Source of the DNA: Thermoproteota archaeon | Lineage (GTDB): Archaea > Korarchaeota > JAOZGF01 > JAOZFZ01 | Reading direction: 5' to 3' | Length of the DNA stretch: 64,000 bases | Assembly: GCA_027492035.1 (NCBI GenBank) | Contig: JAOZFT010000004.1 | Coordinates: forward strand, 64,001 to 128,000 | Shown: one piece after another, positions 1 to 10,477 of the stretch | Layout of the letters: each line of letters begins with the position of its first letter | Position numbering within the stretch: position 1 is the stretch's first letter | Made by a program: the position numbers and the translations under genes | Notes under the pieces: generated by a model | The model's input: the letters and a program-made list of their open reading frames with translations, nothing else | What the model was told of the DNA's origin: nothing | The model's database searches: none

Positions 1-1849
1 CACCATCTTTCTCAACTAAGTTACCGTTTAAATCCACTACCCGGTATTTCCCTATTTCACTTCTCCTTAATTTACGTATATCCTTTACAAGTAAGGTTCC
101 CCCGAACACGTAATCAATTACTTTTCTGAATTTTTCGTCGTATTGAATGAAATCCTTTATTAAACCTAAACTTCTACTTTGCGGAGGTGGAGGTTTTTTT
201 GTTTTGACGGTGTCTAATGGTATAAACCTTGCCCTTCCCACCTTTCCCTTTGTTAATATTTCTATACATTTCTTAGCTGTTTCAAAAGTATCAACCACTA
301 TTAAGTTTAGTTTGGAACTTACCGATGACTCAATTGCTCTTTCATAGCCTTGTTTAGGTTTTATTAACTCGGAAAGTAAACCGTAAACCCCAGGTAGATT
401 CTTGAGATGAATTGCTGCTTTTGGTTTAAATTTATCCAGGAGAGTGTTTAGTCTTTTAATTTCAGCTTCGTTAGCTTTCAGTTGAGCTTTTTTTACTTTT
501 AAATTACTTTTTAAGTTTTCGTAACGTATAGATTCTGTTTCTTCAATTAATTTTTTCTCAATTCTTTCTATATCAGCCGTTTTCTCCCTTATTTCTTCCC
601 TTATTTTGACTAATTCTTCATCATAATTTATTTTAGTGTAGTTTTTTATTTGGTTCTCTATTGAAGCCTTTTTCTCGTTTAAGCTTCTGAAACGGGAAAC
701 TAAGATACTGTCTTCCAAGTGCTTCCTTCTTTCCTCTAGTTCAAAGTACTTCTTCATTTTTTCTATTTCTTTCTCTAAATTTTCAACTATTCTCCTTTTC
801 TCGTCAATTATTATTTTTATTTCTTGGAGTTTTTGAAGAGTTTCCTCTAGCTTCTTTAAAGCTCTCTCTTTCTTTTCTTCATATTCACCTATGCCGCTTA
901 TTTCGTCTATTATTCCTCTCCTTTCTACAGGTTTCATTTTAACAATTTTTGTTACGTCACCTTGTAACACAATGTTATGACCACTTGGTTGGAGACCATA
1001 CCTAGCTAACATGTCCATAACAACTGTCCTGGTTGCTCTTTCCCCGTTTAACCTGTAAACACTCTGTCCTTTATTTGAAATCTCTCTTGAGATTTCGATC
1101 TCTTCCCCTTCCCCCTTGAGCTTTAAAGAAACTTTAGCTTTCTTTTTTTTCAGTTTATTGCAAATTAATTGGGTTAAGTTTTCAGCTCTTAGGTTTTTGG
1201 AGCTTCTAACCCCTAATGTGAAGTTTATTGCTTCAATAATGTTTGAGTTGTGGATAAAAATGTTGTTACCTACAAAATTGTGTGTAAAGGGAATGAATAA
1301 ATCATAAACTTTCCCCTTCTCTTGGAAATAATTTATTTTCTTAATTATGTCAATTCCCAGTTTGTCACTTTTTTCCACATAAGAAAGTATTTTTATTCCT
1401 TCTTCCAAGCTTCTTGCTTCTAAAAACTTGAAGATGTTGTTTTGAATAACTAGAATGGGATGGTCAGAAGTTGTCTCTATTTTTCTCCCTTTAATTGTTT
1501 CTATTTCCAGTATTTCTCCGTTGTTCATTTTTTCTACGAAAAAAGACAATTTACTTTTGCAAAGGGAGCTGGTGGCTGGGTTAAAAGTAAGAATTTTGTA
1601 AGGGGATTCCTTCCAGTAGTAGAAAAAGCCTTCAGGTGAAGGTTTTCTTTCACCTTTCTTCTTTGCTTCATCCACTATTTTCTTTATTTCAAGTGGTTCA
1701 TTGTCTACTAACTGAATCAAAGTGTCCCCTTTTACACATTTCCCGCTTCCGTTAGGTCCAGTTATAGCATTAAAACCTGTTGAGAAGGGGATCTTAGCTC
1801 TTTTAAAGGATTTGAAATTTCTGAGGGTTATTGATTCAATTTTCAACAA
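1..1849 (-). CDS. smc: Chromosome segregation ATPase SMC (5' part, runs off window start), contains an intein
   Basis: Manually translated, not in ORF track. TTG start at 1849 (or 1846) after GAGAGGT; MLKIESITLRNFKSF...AITGPNGSGK[intein]SNIIEAINFTLG...IVLQGDV (Q-loop)...IIDEISGIGEY, coiled coil, then hinge GVYGLLSELI...GRARFIPLD. No stop seen in the stretches translated. Confidence 0.95.
   Translation of the reverse strand, partial: MLKIESITLRNFKSFKRAKIPFSTGFNAITGPNGSGKCVKGDTLIQLVDNEPLEIKKIVDEAKKKGERKPSPEGFFYYWKESPYKILTFNPATSSLCKSKLSFFVEKMNNGEILEIETIKGRKIETTSDHPILVIQNNIFKFLEARSLEEGIKILSYVEKSDKLGIDIIKKINYFQEKGKVYDLFIPFTHNFVGNNIFIHNSNIIEAINFTLGVRSSKNLRAENLTQLICNKLKKKKAKVSLKLKGEGEEIEISREISNKGQSVYRLNGERATRTVVMDMLARYGLQPSGHNIVLQGDVTKIVKMKPVERRGIIDEISGIGEYEEKKERALKKLEETLQKLQEIKIIIDEKRRIVENLEKEIEKMKKYFELEERRKHLEDSILVSRFRSLNEKKASIENQIKNYTKINYDEELVKIREEIREKTADIERIEKKLIEETESIRYENLKSNLKVKKAQLKANEAEIKRLNTLLDKFKPKAAIHLKNLPGVYGLLSELIKPKQGYERAIESSVSSKLNLIVVDTFETAKKCIEILTKGKVGRARFIPLDTVKTKKPPPPQSRSLGLIKDFIQYDEKFRKVIDYVFGGTLLVKDIRKLRRSEIGKYRVVDLNGNLVEKDG
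1247..1738 (-). mobile_element. Mini-intein (164 aa, no homing endonuclease) in the SMC Walker A motif
   Basis: Starts CVKGDTLI (block A), has TSDHP (block B TxxH), ends VYDLFIPFTHNFVGNNIFIHN followed by Ser; in-frame 492 nt; removal restores GPNGSGKS. Confidence 0.95.
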
Positions 1850-2119
1850 AGCAACCTCTCAAAAAGGGATGAAGGAAAATCTTTTGCAGAATCAACAATA
1901 AGGAAGAAACGTGTCCCCTTGAAAAGGATGAGAACTTTTAAAAGTTTATTTTTAAATTTTTATACTTAAAAGGAAAATTAAAAATCATTAAAACAATTTG
2001 ATGTTTTCCATTGGAAGGGACAGAGGGGTAAAAATAGGGCAGGGAGTTAATTTGTACTTGTTTGAAAACCCTTAAAAAGTTTTTTCATTAGAGAAATAAG
2101 GAAGTAATGGAGAAAAAAT

Positions 2120-3241
2120 ATGTGGATGCCCCAAAGGCTTGACGCTTTAACAGTCTGGTTTAATAAGGAAGTAAAGGAAAGATTAAAATGGTATTATGAA
2201 GTAATGGCTGAAAAGAAACCAGCTAAGTACTTGATCTGTAAAAGAGTACCTACAGAATTGAAACTGGAGGAAGCAAGTGAAAAAGAGCTGTGGAGCGAAC
2301 ATAAAAGGTTAAGTGAAGAGTTTAAAAAAATTTGGAACAAAATAAAAAAGGGAGAGTTAAAATTAAATGAGTTAAAAAGGGCAAAAACAAATTTTTTAAG
2401 CTTAAAGATAGAGATAGTAGAAAGGATACTGGAAAATTGCCATTTCTGCGAAAGAAAATGCAGAATCAACCGAAGAAAGGAGGTAGGGTACTGCAAGTTA
2501 AAAGATAAAAGTTATGTTGCATCCTTCTTCCTCCATTATGGTGAAGAAGCCCCTTTAGTCCCAAGTGGCACAATATTCTTTCTAGGTTGCAACTTCAGCT
2601 GTGTTTTTTGCCAAAACTGGGATATAAGTCAAGAATGGAGGAGAAACAACAGGGTAAACGGAGTTAAAGCAGATCCTGAAGTTTTAGCAAGAATCATCAA
2701 GGAACTAAAAAGTAAGAGGGCGAGGAATATTAATTTCGTTGGAGGCTCCCCTACCCCAAATTTGCACACGATTTTGAATTCCTTAAAGTACATAAGCGTC
2801 AACGTACCTCTGCTTTGGAACAGCAACTTCTACATGAGCATGGAAACAAACAAAATCTTAACTGAAGTGATTGATATATGCCTACCAGACTTAAAATATT
2901 TCAACGACGAATGTGCTTTAAGGTTGTCGAAGGTTCCAAAATATTTTGAAAAAGTGTCTAGGAACATCAAGTATTTTCATGATGAAGAAGTAGATACAAT
3001 CATTAGACACTTGGTTTTACCTAACCACCTGAATTGCTGCAGCAAACCCTTACTGGAATGGATAAGTGAAAACTGCCCACATGCCTTAGTGAATTGCATG
3101 AGTCAGTACAGACCTGAGTTTCTGTGCAAAAGACACCCTGCACAGTACCCTGACATAAACAGAAGACCTAGTCAAGAAGAAATGAAAGAGATACACAGTT
3201 ACTGCGACAAATTAGGTTTAGTGTGGCGTCCTATTTCCTAG
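2120..3241 (+). CDS. Radical SAM protein, PflX-like (PFL-activating enzyme family)
   Basis: CNFSCVFCQN (CxxxCxxC), N-terminal CHFCERKC, HYGEE...PSGTIFF, IIRHLVLP. Confidence 0.85.
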   Translation: MWMPQRLDALTVWFNKEVKERLKWYYEVMAEKKPAKYLICKRVPTELKLEEASEKELWSEHKRLSEEFKKIWNKIKKGELKLNELKRAKTNFLSLKIEIVERILENCHFCERKCRINRRKEVGYCKLKDKSYVASFFLHYGEEAPLVPSGTIFFLGCNFSCVFCQNWDISQEWRRNNRVNGVKADPEVLARIIKELKSKRARNINFVGGSPTPNLHTILNSLKYISVNVPLLWNSNFYMSMETNKILTEVIDICLPDLKYFNDECALRLSKVPKYFEKVSRNIKYFHDEEVDTIIRHLVLPNHLNCCSKPLLEWISENCPHALVNCMSQYRPEFLCKRHPAQYPDINRRPSQEEMKEIHSYCDKLGLVWRPIS

Positions 3242-3580
3242 GAAACACTGACATCTGATAATGAAAGGCAAGTCAGGGAAGAAACAGTACAAGGTTTTAT
3301 CAAATGAATAGAGGGAATATCAGAAAATGAATTTAAGGTCCGTATGGGTTTCATGTTGCAATTAAGATGCTATACAACACGGAATTCTTCAAGTAATAAA
3401 GAACCATGAAAACTTGAGAATTGGAAATAATCAAAAGTTAACTTTTCACTTAAGGAGGGTTATTTCTGGTTACTTTTCGTAATAACTAGATATATCGAAA
3501 AATTTAAAACTCTTAAATAACATTTCAATATCAATACATATTTAGGTATAGGAGGTAGGAGGGAAGGGGGAAGAAAAAAC

Positions 3581-4717
3581 GTGCTGAAGTTAATTTTCAA
3601 AATGGCTTTCAGAGATTTTATTATGCGTAAAGCAAGAACTATTTTAACAATTTTAGGTGTAGCTATCGGTATAGCTACAGTAGTTTCCCTTGTTTCAATT
3701 TCAACCGGAACTAAAGCGCAAATGGAGAAATCTTTAGCTGGATTAGCCGACTTCATGGTTTCTCCATCTAGTAACGCCTTCGGCACTGGAAGTAAAATGG
3801 ACTACACTTACTACCTTTACATCAGGGGATTCCCTGAAGTAGAAGCTGCTGCACCTTACTTGGAGGGGATACTGGCTGTTAATAATAAATTATCGCTTAT
3901 TATTGGATTGGATCCTTCCATCGACGCTATCCATAGCTCTCCAATAAAAGAGGGAAGAAGTATTAATTGGTCAGCTAAAGAAGCAGTTGCAGGATATGCA
4001 GCTGCTCAGTCACTCAACCTAAAAGTTAACATGATTTTACATATTTCTAAAGGACCTGGATACAAGGGAGAAGATTTTAAGCTTGTTTCAATTCTTGAAA
4101 GGACAGGAGGGTTCATAGATGGAGAGATATACATACCTTTACAGTACATGCAGAGAATAATGAAAGCTGAAGGTAAAATAAACGGTGTAATTATTAAGTT
4201 GAAAAGTCCTAACTTGGCGAATTCCTTCAAACAAAGAATAAAAAAGAACCTCCCTGACCTGGAAGTGTTCTCACCAGGGACCATAATGGAAAACATAGGA
4301 GAAGTTCTGTCTCTCCTGGACTCTGTTCTTCTTGCAATAAGTGGGGTATCTTTACTCGTAGGCGTAACAAGTGTTCTATCCACCATGATCACAAATGTAA
4401 TAGAGAAAACCAGGGAGATAGGGGTTATGAAAGCTATAGGGGCAAGTAGACGGCAAATATTAACTATTTTCCTTTTCCAATCCGTAATTGTTTGCTTAAT
4501 TGGGGGAATTTTGGGTGTTTTCTTCAGTATAGGGGTTTCTCCCTTCTTGGAGCAGCAAATTAGTTTAGCTTCCGGAATATCTTTCCAAGCTGTTTACTCC
4601 CCTGAACTTGTGCTTGGAGCAATTGCTTTATCGTGTTTGTTAGGTGTCGCCTCAGGTTTCATTCCTTCGTGGAAAGCAGCTAATATCCAACCCGTGGAGG
4701 CCCTAAAATATGAGTGA
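3581..4717 (+). CDS. ABC transporter permease, MacB/FtsX/LolE family
   Basis: RTILTILGVAIGIA N-terminal TM, extracellular loop, EKTREIGVMKAIGA motif, three C-terminal TMs, ends PVEALKYE. Confidence 0.92.
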   Translation: MLKLIFKMAFRDFIMRKARTILTILGVAIGIATVVSLVSISTGTKAQMEKSLAGLADFMVSPSSNAFGTGSKMDYTYYLYIRGFPEVEAAAPYLEGILAVNNKLSLIIGLDPSIDAIHSSPIKEGRSINWSAKEAVAGYAAAQSLNLKVNMILHISKGPGYKGEDFKLVSILERTGGFIDGEIYIPLQYMQRIMKAEGKINGVIIKLKSPNLANSFKQRIKKNLPDLEVFSPGTIMENIGEVLSLLDSVLLAISGVSLLVGVTSVLSTMITNVIEKTREIGVMKAIGASRRQILTIFLFQSVIVCLIGGILGVFFSIGVSPFLEQQISLASGISFQAVYSPELVLGAIALSCLLGVASGFIPSWKAANIQPVEALKYE

Positions 4718-5582
4718 AAATATGGATAAAGTAGTAATAAAGTTAGTTGAATTAACTAAGATTTATGAAGTAGGAGTACCTGTGAAAGCTTTAGATAACG
4801 TAAATCTGGAGATAAGGAATGGTGAATTCGTTTCAATAGTGGGGCCTTCAGGTTCAGGAAAATCAACGCTTTTAAACATGATAGGTTGTATGGATAAACC
4901 TACTTACGGCAAAGTTTACGTAGATGAAGTTGATGTTACACAGTTGAAGGAAAAGGACTTAGTTAAGTTAAGGGCTGAGAAGATAGGTTTCGTTTTTCAA
5001 ATGTTTAATTTAATCTCTACCTTAACTGCTTTAGAAAACGTTCAACTACCCATGCTTTTTTTAGGCAAAGGATATAAGGAGTCTTTAGAAAGAGCTGCTT
5101 TGTTGCTTAGATTAGTTGGTTTATGGGATAGAATGAACCACAGGCCTCTCCAGTTAAGCGGTGGACAAAGGCAGAGAGTAGCCATAGCCAGAGCTTTAGC
5201 TAACGACCCTCCCATAATTCTAGCCGACGAACCAACCGGTAACTTGGACAGCAAAACCGGTCAAGAAATCATTGAAATTATGCGGGAAATAAATGAAGTG
5301 ACAAATAAAACATTTGTAATTGTTACCCATGACTTGGAGGTGGCTGAAAAAACCGACAGAATAATTTTCTTGAAGGATGGAAAAGTAATTACGGAGAAAG
5401 GTAAGATTGAAGAGAAGAAAAGTTCTATTGAAAAACTTTTGGGAGAGTTGGAGAAACTGAAGAGGGAACTGCTTCTTCTCAACATAATGAAGGAAAGCTT
5501 AGATGCTGAAACCTATAATTGGAAAAGGACGGAGATTTCGGAGAAGATAATGCAAATTGAGGAAGAGGTGGAGAGAAGGTGA
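4710..5582 (+). CDS. ABC transporter ATP-binding protein, LolD/MacB-like, with C-terminal coiled-coil tail
   Basis: [39 protein letters not shown]. Confidence 0.95.
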   Translation: MSENMDKVVIKLVELTKIYEVGVPVKALDNVNLEIRNGEFVSIVGPSGSGKSTLLNMIGCMDKPTYGKVYVDEVDVTQLKEKDLVKLRAEKIGFVFQMFNLISTLTALENVQLPMLFLGKGYKESLERAALLLRLVGLWDRMNHRPLQLSGGQRQRVAIARALANDPPIILADEPTGNLDSKTGQEIIEIMREINEVTNKTFVIVTHDLEVAEKTDRIIFLKDGKVITEKGKIEEKKSSIEKLLGELEKLKRELLLLNIMKESLDAETYNWKRTEISEKIMQIEEEVERR

Positions 5583-7855
5583 AAAGAAAACTAACATTAG
5601 TTTTAACGCTTACAGCGCTGGTTATTATCTCTCAATATTTACATATTCAGATTTCTTTTTCAAGTGAAGAACCACGCGAAGGCCCCGAAATATCAGTTAA
5701 TAAGGATGTGAAGTATGAGCTAAGTGTCAGTTTTACAGGTAAGAAAGCAGCATTTACAGAGGACGTCCAGTTAACAATTTTTAACAGGGGAAGAGAAACT
5801 CAAAAAATAAATTTGACAGATAGGGTTTTCCAAGGAAAAATTGAAACTTTAACATTTAAAGAGGGACCTAGAAACAGTTTTTCGGAGAAAATAGGTGATG
5901 TTCTTTACCTGGAATGGATAAATCTTGAAGTGAAACCGCATTCAACAACCGTGATACATTACGAAATCGACACGGATTTCGCATTAATTAATGCAAAAGT
6001 AACTTTTTTAGTAAATGGGGAAAAATCTAAAGTTATTCATGTTTCAGGTGACCGGTACCTGTTTGTTAACAGGTCTGACAATTTGTCGCTTTTAATCAAT
6101 TTAAGTAATGAGTTGCCTGTGTGGGTGAATGAAGTAAAGTACTACCCCTTCCAAATTCTTTTATCTGTAAATATACCTGAGGATTACTTTATGTACGTCA
6201 AAGCAGATCCTGAACCTACTTTATCAAGTTCTTTAATGGGGGTAGAGGTTAAAACTTGGAGTTTTACCCTATCAAACAGTTCTGAAAAAATTAAACTTAA
6301 TCTTAGAGCGAAAAGAAACGCTTCTTTAGGCTTTGTAGAAGTAGACCCGATTAGAGTGGTGGTTTTACCTCAACCTAAAGAAACCATTCAAATGCTTGAG
6401 AATTCACGGGAGAATATGCAGAAATCCATAGATCAACTTAACAACATGAGCAAATATTTAAGTAATTTCAGCAATGTTTTAGATGCTGAAACTAAGCTTT
6501 TAAATGCTTCACTGCGTTACATGAATTTTGTTTCTAATTCCCTCAGGAATTTATCTGGTGGGACAAGGAATATTTCTTCAGCTCTAAACTTAACAAGTAA
6601 AGGATTAAAGAACCTTTCCAACCTGGTTGGTGACACAGTTACTAGACTGAGGGTTTCTACCAGCTCTATACCTTCAAATCCACCTTTCCTTCTCCACGTA
6701 TCTGAGATTCCAGCTTTACCTCCAAATTTCCCAATACCTATAAACTCTTCTTTATTAAACAAATTAAAGGAAATGTTTTCGGAGGTAACTCAGGAAGTTG
6801 TGGATAAAGTGAACTCATTTATTACCAATATTTGGTCCAGTTTTATTTCACAAGTTGTAACTCCGTTGAGGAGACTAGTTCTGGAGCTCGAGTTTCTAAA
6901 GAAACAATTGAACTATGTTTCTGACTCCGTTTCTTTATTAACAAATGCAACAGGCAACGTTTCCACTGCTTTAAAACTACTTTCAAACCAAACAATGAAT
7001 ATACATGATTTAATCAATGAATCCTATCAAGTGACTCTGCATTCAAAAAAGGCTGTAGATAAAATGGTGGACGAAATAAATTCTCAAATTTCTAATTTAA
7101 CGAGGAAGAAAAAAGACCTTGAGAACGAAATAAAACTTTTAGCCATGAATACTCCCTTAAACATGCCTGTTTCAATTGTTTCCGTTAAAAATGGAGGAAT
7201 CCATTTCTCAATTAAAAAAATCGGCGACAAAAACTGGGAAGTAAGGGATTTGCAATTAGGCGAAGCTTTAGGGCTTAATTTAACTTGTGTCTCAATCTGT
7301 TTTGATGAAACGTCGGAAGTAAAAACTTTTGTGCAGGGAGAGGGAGGTGAATTTGTGGAAGTTAACCCCACTTCCTTAAACATGTATGTAGGAAATGGAA
7401 CCATAACCTTTTTACCCTATAACTCTGATGCAGGAAACGAGAGACCCTTTTTAAAAAGTTTAACAGGTTCAGAAATTAGGATAAGGATAAAGTCAAAGGA
7501 AAAACCTAAAGTGAAAGCGGTGCTGGATCTAGTAAACAGTTCTTGGTTAAGTTTTGAAGAGAATAATGAATATGTAGTATATGTTCGGTTGCCGAAAATC
7601 TCCTATGGTTTCATTCCGAAAAGTTTAGAAACACCCAACTTCAACTTAACTCAGGAAAGAGAGAAAGTTTCAGGTTTTAAGTTTGAAAGATGGATGTGGA
7701 TTCCCTTACTTACTATTCCATTGATAGCAACAACGCTTTTGATATTAAGAGAGAAGCCTCCTAAAGTTGTTGTCACTGATAAATTAATTTCAAAGGTTGA
7801 CGAATTAGAAAAGAAACTGAAAAGTTTAAGGAACAGCCGAAAACCTGTTAAATAG
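5579..7855 (+). CDS. Large secreted/membrane-anchored protein with long helical (coiled-coil) central region, function unknown
   Basis: 758-aa ORF overlapping the ABC ATPase stop; N-terminal hydrophobic signal, C-terminal TM (WMWIPLLTIPLIATTLLIL), many N-x-S/T sequons. Confidence 0.8.
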   Translation: MKRKLTLVLTLTALVIISQYLHIQISFSSEEPREGPEISVNKDVKYELSVSFTGKKAAFTEDVQLTIFNRGRETQKINLTDRVFQGKIETLTFKEGPRNSFSEKIGDVLYLEWINLEVKPHSTTVIHYEIDTDFALINAKVTFLVNGEKSKVIHVSGDRYLFVNRSDNLSLLINLSNELPVWVNEVKYYPFQILLSVNIPEDYFMYVKADPEPTLSSSLMGVEVKTWSFTLSNSSEKIKLNLRAKRNASLGFVEVDPIRVVVLPQPKETIQMLENSRENMQKSIDQLNNMSKYLSNFSNVLDAETKLLNASLRYMNFVSNSLRNLSGGTRNISSALNLTSKGLKNLSNLVGDTVTRLRVSTSSIPSNPPFLLHVSEIPALPPNFPIPINSSLLNKLKEMFSEVTQEVVDKVNSFITNIWSSFISQVVTPLRRLVLELEFLKKQLNYVSDSVSLLTNATGNVSTALKLLSNQTMNIHDLINESYQVTLHSKKAVDKMVDEINSQISNLTRKKKDLENEIKLLAMNTPLNMPVSIVSVKNGGIHFSIKKIGDKNWEVRDLQLGEALGLNLTCVSICFDETSEVKTFVQGEGGEFVEVNPTSLNMYVGNGTITFLPYNSDAGNERPFLKSLTGSEIRIRIKSKEKPKVKAVLDLVNSSWLSFEENNEYVVYVRLPKISYGFIPKSLETPNFNLTQEREKVSGFKFERWMWIPLLTIPLIATTLLILREKPPKVVVTDKLISKVDELEKKLKSLRNSRKPVK

Positions 7856-8882
7856 GTTTTAGGAAATCGCCTTTATAGCCTAAAACCATATGCAAATACT
7901 TAGCGTCCTCTTTTAAGTCTTCAATTTCTTCTATGTCCCCTCTCACCTTCACCTTTTCACCTTTTTTAACATGTTCAGTAAACCTGCCTCTAAAACTTGT
8001 TAATTCCTTTATTTTCTCTAAGCCAGGGAGGTTACTAATTGGTTTGACGTTGCCGACCACGTATTTGCACGGTGTAAAAATGGAGTCCTTATCTTCCCAT
8101 ATTTCACAAGTTATGGTTCCTTTACCTATGAAACGAAACTTTAACTCTCCATATTTGTACCTGATTTCACTCCTTTTTTTCACAAGCCTGACAAAATAGT
8201 CTTTATCCTTTATTTTGCCGTGAAGAATTTTCTTGGCTTCAATTTTTCTTAGGTGCATATTTGAAACTGCTTTTTCACCCCATCTAAAGGACACTATCCT
8301 TTTAACTGTTTCCAAATTATAAGGCTTAATTTCTCCTTCATTCCTCATTTCCTTCAGTGCAGAGTAAACTTTTCTACTTTCCCTTTCACCATAAACAACT
8401 AAATCTATGTCTGAATCCTTTGTTTCTAAACCCACCAAAACAGAACCGGAGACCCCTATGGAGGAAAAGAAACCCCTTCTTTCATTAAGTTCCCCCACAA
8501 ATTCACAAATTAAAGTTTCCAGTTCACTTTTCCTCTTTTTTAAAGTAAGCTCCTTGATTTTTTCTACTGGGTTATAAATTTCCTTTATTTCACTCAAAGG
8601 AACACTTTGAATCAGTTTACTCATTACTGGGTCAAAATAAAGATATTTTGGGTATTTCTTCCTTAAAAGATTGAAGCTTTCATTTAGGTCGTAAACTCTC
8701 AAATATTTCCTCTTCCCTCTTCTCCTATTTCCTTTACTTGAAGGAACATAACATAAAAAAGCTGTTACCCTATTTGGTGGATGGACTCCTCCTTTAACAT
8801 GGAAAAGTAATCCTTCATTTGTTTCAAGATAAAACCCCTCATTTAATTCAGGGAATTCCATTTTTAGCCACATCCTTTTCAA
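7848..8882 (-). CDS. Predicted nucleotidyltransferase (COG1665-like), paralog 1
   Basis: GVSGSVLVG...SDIDLVVYG Pol-beta NTase motif; N-terminal HPPNRVTAFLCYVP; C-terminal OB-like region. Confidence 0.8.
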   Translation of the reverse strand: MKRMWLKMEFPELNEGFYLETNEGLLFHVKGGVHPPNRVTAFLCYVPSSKGNRRRGKRKYLRVYDLNESFNLLRKKYPKYLYFDPVMSKLIQSVPLSEIKEIYNPVEKIKELTLKKRKSELETLICEFVGELNERRGFFSSIGVSGSVLVGLETKDSDIDLVVYGERESRKVYSALKEMRNEGEIKPYNLETVKRIVSFRWGEKAVSNMHLRKIEAKKILHGKIKDKDYFVRLVKKRSEIRYKYGELKFRFIGKGTITCEIWEDKDSIFTPCKYVVGNVKPISNLPGLEKIKELTSFRGRFTEHVKKGEKVKVRGDIEEIEDLKEDAKYLHMVLGYKGDFLKPI

Positions 8883-8924
8883 AGAAACCTGGATAGAAGG
8901 GTTTGAAAAGGTTTAAAGGATGCA

Positions 8925-9335
8925 TTAATGAAAAAAAAGTATACTATCAGCTAATTTAACCCCTTTCACTGTTTCAAGTTCTTTAAACAATTTCTTTATC
9001 TTCCTTCCTTCCCCTAAACAAATAATTGTTTCTAAACAGTCCTCTTCTAAATGAATATGAGTGGAACTCATGACAATGTCATGGAAAAGATGCTGTTTCT
9101 CAGTTATCTCTTCTTGGCAACCATGTTTCTCATGGTCATAAATCAAACTTATTACTCCAATATTAGCTTCTTCTTTTTCAAAAGTTTTATGTTTATTTAT
9201 TAGTAATCTTATAGCAGCTCTTATTGCTTCAGACCTATTAGCAAAACCTGTTTCATCAATGAAAGAGTCAAGCTCTTTCAAAAGACTGTTAGGCAAACTA
9301 ACACCGAACCTAACAATTTCTTTTTGAGGCATCAA
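8925..9335 (-). CDS. nikR: Nickel-responsive regulator NikR
   Basis: RHH (RFGVSLP...NRSEAIRAAIR) plus Ni-site residues YDH...QH...STHIHL...CLE. Confidence 0.9.
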   Translation of the reverse strand: MMPQKEIVRFGVSLPNSLLKELDSFIDETGFANRSEAIRAAIRLLINKHKTFEKEEANIGVISLIYDHEKHGCQEEITEKQHLFHDIVMSSTHIHLEEDCLETIICLGEGRKIKKLFKELETVKGVKLADSILFFH

Positions 9336-9412
9336 AATTCTTCCTCACATTTTAAGGAACTCTTCCGTGGAGGTGTCTTATGAAAACATGCTATGTTTTT
9401 AAACTTAAAAAA

Positions 9413-10477
9413 CTATTCTTCAATTTCTTTTATATATTCATCTTCTCTGAAGGCGCTGGAACCGATTACTACCCTGAAATACTCTCCATTACCTTTAACT
9501 TGCATAACTTTTTCAAGTTCACCTTTAACTTCTATCCTGTCCCCCTTTCCTGCAATATCCATGAATAAACCTTCGTAAGAAACTACCTCTTTTATTTTTC
9601 CAGGTTGCAGATTTCCATTGAACAATGAAACCTCACTTATTTTGTAAATGGAGGGAAGGAAAACAGCTTCAGATGAATCTTCAACTGTAGCTTTCAGGAT
9701 TACTTGCTTAATTGGAAGGTAAAGTTTGTCACCGTATTTTTCCTTTATTTCTTCATCTTTCCTTACTGGATGGATAGAGAAATAAGTGTTTTGGTAGAAG
9801 CCGTAGTTCCACCTTCCCTTTCCAATGTGATAGAGTTCTTTGTAGCCCAAGGTTTGAAAAAGAGACATCCTTTTCTCAACCCATTCCTTCAACTTTTCTT
9901 TAGTTAAAGGTTTCAACTGAGCTTCTTTACATTCCAAAATTTCTTTAAGGACTTCCTTAACCCTAAAAGAGTTTCTAGAGCCGTAAACAATTAAATCTAT
10001 ATCTGAAAATTTTGGGTTATGGATTCCAAGCAATATCGAACCTGTTACTCCGAAATTATTTATTTCTACACCGCTTAAATCAGAAATTTCTTTAACAAGG
10101 CTTACTGTTTTCCTTTCCAGTGTATCGATTTTTCTTCGGTTTAAAAGTTTTTTAAGTTTTTCTTCAGGCTTATAATATTTTTTAATCCTTTCCTTTGGTA
10201 CAAAAGAGAAAAACATGTTTCTAACTGGACATTTCGAAACATAAAGGGGGTAGTTGTTTTTTAGGAAATCAATGGTTTTCTTAACTTCAACTGCATGGTA
10301 GTGGGTAAGTTTTCTTTTATAACTTACTCCCTTCCCCCTCCATTCCCCATCTTTGGCTGGTGTGTACTTTAGATAGGCAGTGTACTTGTTTTTTGGATGT
10401 AAATAACCTGTTACACAGAAAAACATGTCCTCCCTTGTTTTTATGAAGTCACGGTCTTTAGGTTTTCTTATTTTCAT
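9413..10477 (-). CDS. Predicted nucleotidyltransferase (COG1665-like), paralog 2
   Basis: GVTGSILLG...SDIDLIVYG; KDRDFI...GYLHP...AYLKY. Confidence 0.8.
   Translation of the reverse strand: MKIRKPKDRDFIKTREDMFFCVTGYLHPKNKYTAYLKYTPAKDGEWRGKGVSYKRKLTHYHAVEVKKTIDFLKNNYPLYVSKCPVRNMFFSFVPKERIKKYYKPEEKLKKLLNRRKIDTLERKTVSLVKEISDLSGVEINNFGVTGSILLGIHNPKFSDIDLIVYGSRNSFRVKEVLKEILECKEAQLKPLTKEKLKEWVEKRMSLFQTLGYKELYHIGKGRWNYGFYQNTYFSIHPVRKDEEIKEKYGDKLYLPIKQVILKATVEDSSEAVFLPSIYKISEVSLFNGNLQPGKIKEVVSYEGLFMDIAGKGDRIEVKGELEKVMQVKGNGEYFRVVIGSSAFREDEYIKEIEE

Noticed and set aside
3242-3580. GTTGCAATTAAGA resembling the start of some archaeal CRISPR repeats
   Set aside because: Single occurrence, no repeat-spacer periodicity, no cas genes.
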